64,000 bases of DNA from Gemmatimonadota bacterium (GTDB lineage Bacteria; Gemmatimonadota; Gemmatimonadetes; Gemmatimonadales; Gemmatimonadaceae), in NCBI GenBank assembly GCA_043757365.1, contig JAYVPN010000107.1, forward strand, positions 73-64,072. Reading direction: 5' to 3'. This document shows, piece by piece, positions 1 through 7,941 of the stretch; the stretch's first letter is position 1, and each line of letters opens with the position of its first letter. Below the pieces are notes generated by a model. That model was given only the letters and a program-made list of their open reading frames with translations. It was not told the origin of the DNA and searched no databases. A program made the translations under genes and the position numbers.

Positions 1-693
1 CTCGCCTTAGGTGGCTTCGCCACCGTCATCGCAATGGGCATTGGCAGCCACGTGTTGCCGATGATCCTCACGACGAAAAACGCGCCGCGCCGCCTCGGGC
101 ACGTCGCGTGGCGGGCGATCGCCGCTGGCTCGGTGACGGTCGCGACTGGCGCGCTCACGGGCGTCGTTGTTCTGACGGTGGCAGGCGCGGTCATGATGGC
201 GGTCGGTGTTGGAACGTGGCTCACCTTCGTCGCGCTCTGCTTCGCGCGCCGCGGGAACCGTCCGCTCGATCGTGCGGTGGCGTTCGTTGCCGCGGCGCAT
301 GTGCTGCTCGCCGCCGCGGGCGTCGCGGGGATCACAACGCTGTTCGTGGCCAACCCGAGCATCGCGGCCGCGTACGGTACCTTCGCACTCTTCGGATGGC
401 TCACACTCTTCATCACCGGCATCGCCGGCCGAATCCTTACGATGCTGGCGCTCGCCCGTCGCGTGGCGCAACGCAAGCCGCTGCGCGAGAAGGAATCTGC
501 CATTGGGAATCTGCTCGCGCAGGGAGCGGCGGTCGGGCTCGTCCTCGGCGCGGCTGGACTGCCTACCGCGATTGCGTTGCGCTCTCAATCGTCCGCGCGA
601 ACAGCTGCACTGGCGGCGTCGGCTGGCTTGGTACTCCTGCTCCTGCAACATGGCTGGCTGGCAATCGAGCAGGTGCGCGGTACGCCGAAGTGA
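1..693 (+). CDS. polytopic membrane protein, 3' part of a gene starting upstream of the window (NnrS-like, tentative)
   Basis: Frame 1 is open from base 1 (LALGGFATVIAMGIGSHVLPM...) and runs into tracked ORF 34..693. Almost entirely hydrophobic helices with a few His. Lies directly upstream of nirK, the usual position of nnrS. Confidence 0.45.
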   Translation, partial: LALGGFATVIAMGIGSHVLPMILTTKNAPRRLGHVAWRAIAAGSVTVATGALTGVVVLTVAGAVMMAVGVGTWLTFVALCFARRGNRPLDRAVAFVAAAHVLLAAAGVAGITTLFVANPSIAAAYGTFALFGWLTLFITGIAGRILTMLALARRVAQRKPLREKESAIGNLLAQGAAVGLVLGAAGLPTAIALRSQSSARTAALAASAGLVLLLLQHGWLAIEQVRGTPK

Positions 694-747
694 GCCCAAC
701 CCTGCGATGATCTTTGAACTACAACTCACGTTGAACTCGGTACTCCC

Positions 748-1755
748 ATGAAACGTTTCACGATCGTCCTTCCGCTCGTCTTGCTCGGTGCCGCGTGCCA
801 ATCCAAGGCTCCCGCCGCCGCCGCGAATCCGCATGTCGTGCAAACGCCCACCGCCGTGCCCGCAAATGTCTCGCACGGCGAAGCGCCGGTCGGCATCGGG
901 ACGACGCCGGCGCCGATCGATGCGGCAGCGCCGCCAAGAGGCATGTCGCACCTCCAGCGCATTCGGTTCGAGATGTCGGACGCCACCGTGCAGATCGCGA
1001 CGAGCGTGAACTATAGCGCGTGGACATTCGACAAACGGGTACCAGGACCCTTCCTTCGTGCGACGGTCGGCGACACGATCGACTTCACGCTCGTGAACAA
1101 CGCCATGATGCCGCACAGCATGGACTTTCACGCCGCCGAGTTGGCGCCGAGCAAGCATTACGTCAACGTCATGCCACACGATTCGTTGCATTACCGATTC
1201 GTGCCACACGTGCCCGGCGTGTTCCTGTATCACTGCGGCACCGCGCCGGTCGCGGCACATATCGCGAACGGCATGTACGGCGCTCTCATCATTGACCCGG
1301 TGACGCCCCGTCCATCGGCGAAGGAGTTCGTCATCATACAGAGTGAGTTTTATCTAACGCCTGACAGTGCCGGTAAGGCCCGTGCACTTTCCTGGGACCG
1401 GATGCTGTCTCTCGCGCCGGACTACGTCGTCTTCAATGGGCGCGCGTCGCAATACGCGGAGCATCCGTTGCGCGTGGCCCCAAACGAGCTGGTGCGGCTC
1501 TATGTGGTGAATGCCGGCCCGAACCGGTTCTCTGCGTTTCACGTCGTGGGCGGAATCTTCGAGCGCGTGTTCGTGGATGGGTCGCAGAGCAGTCCACTCA
1601 CCGGAGTGCAAACGGTGGCGGTGCCGGTGGGCGGCGCGTCGATCTTCGAGCTCCGCCTGAAGGAAGCGGGTGACTACCCGTTCGTGACGCATGCGTTCGC
1701 CGATGCGACAAAGGGGGCGGTCGGGATCCTGCGTGCGGAGGCGGTGAGCAAATAG
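748..1755 (+). CDS. nirK: copper-containing nitrite reductase (NirK), lipoprotein-type signal
   Basis: Lipobox-like signal (LLGAAC). T1/T2 Cu ligand motifs HSMDFHAAE, YHCGTAPVAAHIANGMYG, FHVVGG and FVTHAF match the NirK pattern H-x-x-D-F-H, H-C-x8-H-x4-M. Confidence 0.85.
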   Translation: MKRFTIVLPLVLLGAACQSKAPAAAANPHVVQTPTAVPANVSHGEAPVGIGTTPAPIDAAAPPRGMSHLQRIRFEMSDATVQIATSVNYSAWTFDKRVPGPFLRATVGDTIDFTLVNNAMMPHSMDFHAAELAPSKHYVNVMPHDSLHYRFVPHVPGVFLYHCGTAPVAAHIANGMYGALIIDPVTPRPSAKEFVIIQSEFYLTPDSAGKARALSWDRMLSLAPDYVVFNGRASQYAEHPLRVAPNELVRLYVVNAGPNRFSAFHVVGGIFERVFVDGSQSSPLTGVQTVAVPVGGASIFELRLKEAGDYPFVTHAFADATKGAVGILRAEAVSK

Positions 1756-1860
1756 CGCTTCTGTTGGTGAATACTTGAGGGGATCGCGCAGACTTCAGCA
1801 GCATCTCATTCGGCGATGCCGCGCCGTATGCCTGAATTCGCACCCACAATCAGGAGGTAT

Positions 1861-2256
1861 ATGTCTTCCATGCACCGCGTACTTGATGGCGACGTGCTCG
1901 TACATCACCTGAGGGCCGACGAGCGCATGCTCGATCCGGAGCTCCTTGCCCGGCACGGTCGCACCGCGCGCACGCTGGTCAAGGACGGCCCGTTGCGCCT
2001 GACGATGATGGGCATCGCTCCGGCGGGCGTACTTCCATCGCATCGGACGGATGCTCCAGTCACGATCCATGTGCTCGAAGGCGAGGTGACGTTCAGCGCG
2101 CTTGGTCGCGAGTATCCGCTCGCGAGTGGTGACGTCCTGGTTCTCGCTCCGGGGGTCGAGCATTCGGCCCGATCGGAGTCGGGCGGGCTCTTCCTGCTTA
2201 CCGTGCTATATCTCGGTCACAATACAGCGGGAGACCCATCGGTAGCTCAATCCTGA
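1861..2256 (+). CDS. cupin domain protein
   Basis: AGGAGG 6 nt before the ATG at 1861. Cupin-like motif HRTDAPVTIHVLEGEV...GDVLVLAPGVEH. Confidence 0.7.
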   Translation: MSSMHRVLDGDVLVHHLRADERMLDPELLARHGRTARTLVKDGPLRLTMMGIAPAGVLPSHRTDAPVTIHVLEGEVTFSALGREYPLASGDVLVLAPGVEHSARSESGGLFLLTVLYLGHNTAGDPSVAQS

Positions 2257-2310
2257 GCCGAGCGTGGTGCGAGCTGTCGTCATGACGGCCGGATCACCAG
2301 ATTCGCATCA

Positions 2311-3270
2311 TCATGTCCGGTTCTTCCGCGCGCCGCCGTCGAATGGAATCGGATGCTTTCGGAGCTTGACCGCAAGCTGAATGGCCGCCTTTGCCACGAC
2401 CCGTGCCTTTTTTAGATACCCGGGATGCGACGAGAGGTATCGCTTGTCGTAGCAGAGTTCTTCATTGGGGTCCGTCCACGCGCCCGCGTACCAATGGTTG
2501 GGATCGTGAAAGAAGCCGTAGTCGGCGTTGCCGTCCCGCAAGGACAGGGCCACGAGTTCGATGTACGATAGCGGCTGCTTGAAGTTCCGGGTCGCCGACG
2601 TTCCTTCGTTCTTCTCATCCTTACTGGTGATGAAGTACGCTGCAGTCCGGCCCCACATGCGCGCATCGTACGGCAACTCTCCCGCGCTCGAGAGTTCGAC
2701 CGCCAGCGCGAGGCACTTGTCACGCCATTCTGCCCCCTTCGGCTCGTACTGCCCCGGCTTCACAAAGAAACCACCATCCAGCGAGATCAAACGGTCAAGA
2801 AACATCTTGAGCCGGGAGGACATCGCGGATTGGTTGACGCCGGTAGAGCACAGCATCACATCGCACTTCAGCACCAGCGGGTACAGCTCCTGCATCGGGT
2901 CCCATGGGAAGCAGTTGCACGGGAATCCGCAGAGGACGCTACTTGTCGAATAGCACCCATCGCACGGTTCGAGGTCGTATTCCTTGAGCGCGACCTCCGT
3001 GATTTCATATCCCGGTTTGTCTCGCCACGGCTCGACGGCGGATCGCAGCAATAGTTGACTGTTCGAGAGTTCCTGCGCGGCCGATTTGAAGCTCGATCGG
3101 CTGGAGCCGTGAACTAGGAGGATGTTCAGCGGCCGTTTCTTCTCGTTGTGGTATTCAACGGCATTCAAGCAGGCTCGGACATTTCGTGCATGTTTTCCCT
3201 CCGTGTCCTTCGTCGACACGTGCTCCCACCACGGACCGTATTTAATTTGCACAAAGTCCGCGGGCTTCAT
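2311..3270 (-). CDS. flavodoxin-fold NAD(P)H-dependent FMN reductase-like protein with Cys cluster (iron-sulfur flavoprotein-like)
   Basis: NILLVHGSSRS flavodoxin-like P-loop. Cys cluster CDGCYSTSSVLCGFPCNC. Codon third positions are visibly less GC-rich than in neighbouring genes. Confidence 0.65.
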   Translation of the reverse strand: MKPADFVQIKYGPWWEHVSTKDTEGKHARNVRACLNAVEYHNEKKRPLNILLVHGSSRSSFKSAAQELSNSQLLLRSAVEPWRDKPGYEITEVALKEYDLEPCDGCYSTSSVLCGFPCNCFPWDPMQELYPLVLKCDVMLCSTGVNQSAMSSRLKMFLDRLISLDGGFFVKPGQYEPKGAEWRDKCLALAVELSSAGELPYDARMWGRTAAYFITSKDEKNEGTSATRNFKQPLSYIELVALSLRDGNADYGFFHDPNHWYAGAWTDPNEELCYDKRYLSSHPGYLKKARVVAKAAIQLAVKLRKHPIPFDGGARKNRT

Positions 3271-3476
3271 GCCTGGTAGCCTGCGTAGGAAATGTTTCGC
3301 GCATCCGGCGCGGATCGTGGCGCGCCCAGCATGCGAATATCCACGTTCAGCTTGATGTGGCCGTTCTTGAACGATCGCTTGTGCATCGGGAAAGCGATGC
3401 CTTGCAGCACTGGAGCGCCATTTTTGAAAAACGTATTTTCATAGGAGTGGGGCCGGTTGACGGGAAGTCCCGCCAT
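3267..3476 (-). CDS. small hypothetical protein, start uncertain (alternative start at 3647)
   Basis: Its stop overlaps the ATG of the flavoprotein gene as ATGA (3267-3270). Third-position GC bias is consistent with coding. No recognisable family. Confidence 0.3.
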   Translation of the reverse strand: MAGLPVNRPHSYENTFFKNGAPVLQGIAFPMHKRSFKNGHIKLNVDIRMLGAPRSAPDARNISYAGYQA

Positions 3477-3790
3477 CAGGAGCGGTCCTATGGCTGCCGG
3501 TTTACGCACACTCCGCTTCACTATTCGTGGTTTCGTCACTCGTGCTCTCCTGGTGAAAAGAAGATCGGCCAGCGAAAAGAATCGTGTGAACCGACCCCTC
3601 CGACTCTCAATGAAAGCTGGAACGGCGTCATCCGCGGAGCGCGTCATCGTACGAGTGTCGCCCTGTCTGTGAAGCGTACCGGGACACCGTAGCAACATCC
3701 ATCGCGCGAACGATCTACGCTGTCGAGGGGATGCAACGAGTGTTGATTGGCGGGGTTCGCGCCGCAGTTCTTGGCCGGCTCCGGCTGATG

Positions 3791-4543
3791 TCACGGAGCG
3801 TCGTGCGGCGGCCGCTCCAGCACCCGCATCGCCGTGATCGGATGCAACTCCCACACCGTCGCCCGCCAGACATTTGCCTGGCCGCGATGCGTGTGCTGCG
3901 CATTTGCCTCGTGTTCCTCGTCGTATAGTAGCCAACCGGTGACTTCAAGCCAGCGGCCGAGCAGCCGACGCCGAAGCCCGGGCGTGCTCCAGTCGTCACC
4001 GTGCTGCGCCAGCTCGGCGCGCCACCGCGGCGTGACCTCGACGATCACGTGCTTCGCCTCGTCCGGATTGTTCGGCTCGAGTGTGAGCTCGATGTGCGTG
4101 TCGCGGTCGACTGGCAGCTCGGCGTGGCAGTTCACCGTCTCGACGCCGCCCACCTTTACGTCGGCGACATACCCACTGATCGTCGCGGCGCGGCGCGTGT
4201 TAAATCGGCCGACATCGTTCCCGGGCGCGAGCAGGGCCTGCATCGTCACGGTCGAATCGATGTCGCGAGGCGAAGGGATCGCCGCACGGTTCTTGAGCTC
4301 GTTGAGCCGTTGCACGCGCGGCGAACGCGCGTCGCCCTCAAGCGCGCAGATCGGCGCGGCCGCGATTGACGAGTCGCCGCGAGGTGGAGATGACGGCGCC
4401 GACGGCGTCGGCACGGCGACGACCACCGGAGCCGACGTACCGCCGCCGGTGTTCACGTTCAAGGCACGCAGCCAGAGCACCAGCATTGCGAACAGGCCAA
4501 TGACGACGATCCCGGCGAGCAGCCAGGTAACGAATCGCTTCAC
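3791..4543 (-). CDS. membrane-anchored or exported hypothetical protein
   Basis: N-terminal TM helix (WLLAGIVVIGLFAMLVLWL) followed by a Pro/Ser linker. The GTG start overlaps the stop of the upstream regulator (GTGA). Confidence 0.6.
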   Translation of the reverse strand: MKRFVTWLLAGIVVIGLFAMLVLWLRALNVNTGGGTSAPVVVAVPTPSAPSSPPRGDSSIAAAPICALEGDARSPRVQRLNELKNRAAIPSPRDIDSTVTMQALLAPGNDVGRFNTRRAATISGYVADVKVGGVETVNCHAELPVDRDTHIELTLEPNNPDEAKHVIVEVTPRWRAELAQHGDDWSTPGLRRRLLGRWLEVTGWLLYDEEHEANAQHTHRGQANVWRATVWELHPITAMRVLERPPHDAP

Positions 4544-5169
4544 GCGGGCGCCGAAATAACGAACCTGCAGCTTGGCATATTCACCCGGTCACAGCACTCC
4601 CGTACGGAACCGCCGGTGACATCGCGCAGCACCGCTTCGAGTACCTCGCACGTCGCGGGGCAGGCGATCACGGCATCGGAAAGCACGCAGCCGTGTCCTC
4701 GGATCTCGTAGCCGTCGCGCGTTTGCATGAGCTCGGCGTCAGCACCGAGTGAGGTGAGAAAGGCAGCGCTCGCCTTCACGCGGTCGTCGAAGTTCGCCTT
4801 GGCCGGCAGCGACTTGGCGATCCGGCGCCCGGTCTTTCGCAGTAGCGTCGCCAGCTCCTTGGGAGTAAGCTTGGCGCCAAGCTCGGCCAGTAGCGCCGCC
4901 AGCACCGGGGCGTAGGCGCTCGAAAAGAGCGCGGACGAATCGGTCGCTATGGTGTAGAGTGTCGCCGGCTTACCGACCGCACCGTCGCGGCGAATTCCGG
5001 CCGTCGTGACGATCTTCTCATGCTCAAGCGCCGCAAGCTGCGCCCGCACGGCATTGTCGGTCACGCCGAGTGACTCGGCGAGCTCCTCCACGCTCCGCTG
5101 ACCGCGTCGCAGCGACGCCACGATTCGGCTCCTCGTCGTCTTGCCCGCCTGTCGCTGCCACCACGCCAT
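4540..5169 (-). CDS. ArsR-family winged-helix regulator with Cys-rich C-terminal domain (SufR-like)
   Basis: HTH segment VEELAESLGVTDNAVRAQLAALEHEKIV. C-terminal Cys in GHGC, IAC, ATC, ECC and PSCRF. GGAGG lies 6 nt before the ATG at 5169, so the tracked TTG start at 5190 is unlikely. Confidence 0.75.
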   Translation of the reverse strand: MAWWQRQAGKTTRSRIVASLRRGQRSVEELAESLGVTDNAVRAQLAALEHEKIVTTAGIRRDGAVGKPATLYTIATDSSALFSSAYAPVLAALLAELGAKLTPKELATLLRKTGRRIAKSLPAKANFDDRVKASAAFLTSLGADAELMQTRDGYEIRGHGCVLSDAVIACPATCEVLEAVLRDVTGGSVRECCDRVNMPSCRFVISAPA

Positions 5170-5190
5170 CGGCGCCTCCGCTCGGATCAA

Positions 5191-5245
5191 TATCCAAATG
5201 TAATAGAATAATAAGTCAAAGAAAGACTTGACATATTATACACCT
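5191..5245. promoter_or_regulatory. AT-rich divergent promoter region with interleaved inverted repeats
   Basis: ATATCCAAATGTAATAGAATAATAAGTCAAAGAAAGACTTGACATATTATA sits in an otherwise GC-rich genome. GTCAA (5215-5219) pairs with TTGAC (5228-5232). TTGACA and TTGACT -35-like hexamers face both directions. Confidence 0.4.
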
Positions 5246-5340
5246 CACGTCATCTTTACCCAGCAGGCGGGATCCCCCGAACCCGCCGCCGGCCCGCCGC
5301 ACCTCGGCCGTCCACTCACTGCCCGTTCGAGGAACCCGCT

Positions 5341-5922
5341 ATGCACAAGCCGACCGTGCTCGTCCTGCTGGCCGCCGTCGCCCTCACCCCGGTGCGGGCG
5401 CATGCGCAAACGCCCGGCCTCCTCTCGCCGCATCTGCCGACGCTCGCCGTCGTCGCCGCACACCGGACCGCCGCGCTCGATGACCCGACGATCGTCGCTA
5501 TCTTCGATGCCGCCAACAGCTGGGATATCGAAACGAGTCAGATCGCCGTGAAGAGGAGCAAGAATCCGGAGATCGTCGCCTTCGCCAAGACGATGATCAA
5601 AGACCATACGGCAGTCCGTCAACTCGGCCGCGATCTCGCAACGAGACTCAAGGTCACGCCGACGCCGCCGGGCGCCGATTTCCCTCTCGCCGTCGATCAT
5701 GGCGCGATCATGAAGACGCTCAAAAGCGCCACCGGTGCGGCCTTTGACAAGGCGTACATCGACCACGAGGTCTGGTATCACCAGGCGGTCATCGATGCCG
5801 TGACGCAGCAGCTGCTGCCGGCGACGAAGAACGCGGAGCTCAAGGAGCTTCAGAACAAGGTCGCGCCGAACTTCGTGGCGCATCTCGCGCACGGGAAGAG
5901 CGTGCAGGCCGGACTCAAGTAG
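5341..5922 (+). CDS. DUF4142-like periplasmic protein
   Basis: Signal peptide. Motifs MIKDHTAV...FDKAYIDHEVWYHQAVIDAV are typical of DUF4142. Confidence 0.6.
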   Translation: MHKPTVLVLLAAVALTPVRAHAQTPGLLSPHLPTLAVVAAHRTAALDDPTIVAIFDAANSWDIETSQIAVKRSKNPEIVAFAKTMIKDHTAVRQLGRDLATRLKVTPTPPGADFPLAVDHGAIMKTLKSATGAAFDKAYIDHEVWYHQAVIDAVTQQLLPATKNAELKELQNKVAPNFVAHLAHGKSVQAGLK

Positions 5923-5932
5923 TCGTAAAGCA

Positions 5933-5959
5933 AGCGGGGCGCCAAACCGGCGCCCCGCT
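5933..5959. terminator. bidirectional stem-loop between convergent genes
   Basis: AGCGGGGCGCC-AAACC-GGCGCCCCGCT forms a perfect 11-bp GC stem. Confidence 0.6.
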
Positions 5960-5981
5960 CACGACCGGCCCGCTGATCGGA

Positions 5982-7259
5982 CTACTTTCTGGGCCCGACC
6001 AGCGCCTGGTACACCATCGTCGGAAACTTCTCGCGAATGTCGGTCGCGTTGGGGAGTTGGTTGATCATTAATACGATGACGAGTCCTTCCGAAGGATCGA
6101 CCTTGTAGACGCTGGAATACGCGCCAGCCCAGCTGAACGTCCCAACCGAGGACAGACCGCTGGCTCCGAGCACATCCGTGGTCTCGAAGCCGAGTCCGAA
6201 GCCGAGGCCGCTGCTCGAATGCAGCGTACCGACTTGATTGTGCGTCATCAAATCGATGGTCTTCGGCGAGAGATATCGTGTGGAAGCGCTCCGGCCCTTG
6301 CCGAGGATCATCGAGAGGAACGCCGCGTAGTCGCGCGCCGTCGATACGATGCCGGCGCCGCCGGAAAAACTCTTGCGCGGTCCGTCGACATAATCGCCCT
6401 GGCCGCGCGACCCATTTGCGGCGCGGACCGCGTGGCCCGTGGAATCGCTGCGGTACACGGCGACCAACCGGTCGCGCTTCGATTGCGGAACGAAGAAATA
6501 CGTATCGTTCATGCCGAGTGGTGCGGTGATGCGTGTGCGAATGAAGTCGTCGAGCGGCACGCCTGAGACGCGCTCGACGACGCAACCAAGGATATCGGTG
6601 TTATAGCCGTACACCCATTCTTTGCCCGGCTGGGCGGAGAAGGGGAGCGTGCCGAGCCGGTCCATCGTCTCGCAGATCGGTTCGTTCTTGTCGGCGGTGT
6701 ACCATCCGTAGCCGGCGGAGGGGCCGAGGTCTCTGACGGCGTAGATCGACGAGATCGACGATTCGGTGCCGTAGGAGATTCCTGCGGTGTGCGTGAGCAG
6801 ATCACGAATCGTGATCTGCCGCGTGGCTGGGACGAATCGCGTGATCGAGTCGGTGCGGACACCGACCGTCGTCTTCGCGAACGACGGGAGCCAACGGCTC
6901 ACCGGATCGGAAAGGTTGAGTCGCCCATCTTCGAGCAGCATCAGCACGGCGGTGCTCGTGATCGCCTTCGACTGGGAGGCGATGCGGAATATCGCATCGG
7001 TCGTCATACGGCGACCGGCTTCTTTATCCGCCCAGCCGACGGCATGTTCGTACACGACGCGGCCGTCGCGTAGCACCAGTCCGACAGCGCCGCCGATGCG
7101 GTTCGAGTCGACGTATTCCTGCATCACGCGGTCGATGCGAGAGAGACGATCGGCGGCGAAGCCGTCGGATGTCGGCTTCGCGACCTGCGCGCCCAGGGAT
7201 ACCGTCGCGACGGCGAAGGCAACGGTGAGCGCGAGAATACGAAACGGCTTCGTCGACAT
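5982..7259 (-). CDS. serine hydrolase, beta-lactamase/PBP4* family
   Basis: Signal peptide begins at the internal Met (MSTKPFRILALTVAFAV). SxxK motif in FRIASQSKAITS. The upstream part of the tracked ORF is Arg-rich filler. Confidence 0.8.
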   Translation of the reverse strand: MSTKPFRILALTVAFAVATVSLGAQVAKPTSDGFAADRLSRIDRVMQEYVDSNRIGGAVGLVLRDGRVVYEHAVGWADKEAGRRMTTDAIFRIASQSKAITSTAVLMLLEDGRLNLSDPVSRWLPSFAKTTVGVRTDSITRFVPATRQITIRDLLTHTAGISYGTESSISSIYAVRDLGPSAGYGWYTADKNEPICETMDRLGTLPFSAQPGKEWVYGYNTDILGCVVERVSGVPLDDFIRTRITAPLGMNDTYFFVPQSKRDRLVAVYRSDSTGHAVRAANGSRGQGDYVDGPRKSFSGGAGIVSTARDYAAFLSMILGKGRSASTRYLSPKTIDLMTHNQVGTLHSSSGLGFGLGFETTDVLGASGLSSVGTFSWAGAYSSVYKVDPSEGLVIVLMINQLPNATDIREKFPTMVYQALVGPRK

Positions 7260-7401
7260 CAGTACTCCAGAGATGCGGGGATGCGAAAAGTTAGTCCGCG
7301 CTTCGGTGTGCTGCCACCTCTCATCGACGTGGCAATCCGCCTCACGCTCGACCCGACCGCGACCGAGTTTGCGATTGTCGACGAGTCGAATCGTCGCGTG
7401 C

Positions 7402-7932
7402 TCAGTGCGAGGCAAACGGCGTCATCGTACCGACTCGATCAAAACTCACGACCGTGTAGTGGTCCCGCGTTCCGTTCTCCATGCCCGGCGCACCGCTCGG
7501 CATCCCCGGGGCAGCGATGCCGACGACCGCTGGTTGTTCGGCCAGCAGGCGCACGATGTCAGCGGCGGGGACATGTCCTTCGATGACATAGGTACCGATC
7601 TTCGCAGTGTGGCAAGAGATCGCTGCGTCGGGCACACCGAGTTGGTGCTTGGTGGGAGTGACGTCAATCTGATCGACGACGTCCACCCTGAAGCCGTTCC
7701 CTCGCATCTCGTGGATCCACTTGCCGCAGCAGACGCAGCTGGGACTCTTGTACACGGTCATGACCGGTATCTTGAGATCGGCGACCGCGAGCTGCGCGAC
7801 GTCGTGACCCGGCGCGCGTCGCCAGGCGACGGTTCCCGCGACGGCGAGCAGCACGAACACGGTGATCGCCAGCAACAGCCTGTTCTTTGAGTCGGCAGAT
7901 GACGGCGCGCCGGACTGTTTTGACTGTGACAT
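7402..7932 (-). CDS. DUF411 (CopG-like) periplasmic metal-binding protein
   Basis: TM anchor, then SPSCVCCGKW...SCHTAKIGTYVIEGHVPAADI and a GMPSGAPGME tail. Lies 9 nt downstream of cusA. Confidence 0.75.
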   Translation of the reverse strand: MSQSKQSGAPSSADSKNRLLLAITVFVLLAVAGTVAWRRAPGHDVAQLAVADLKIPVMTVYKSPSCVCCGKWIHEMRGNGFRVDVVDQIDVTPTKHQLGVPDAAISCHTAKIGTYVIEGHVPAADIVRLLAEQPAVVGIAAPGMPSGAPGMENGTRDHYTVVSFDRVGTMTPFASH

Positions 7933-7941
7933 CTGTGCTCC

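Noticed and set aside
7-1260. 417-aa minus-strand ORF covering the NnrS-like gene and the start of nirK
   Set aside because: It is Arg/Gly/Asp-rich and low in complexity, and lies antisense to two genes with clear motifs. This is a typical high-GC antisense open frame.
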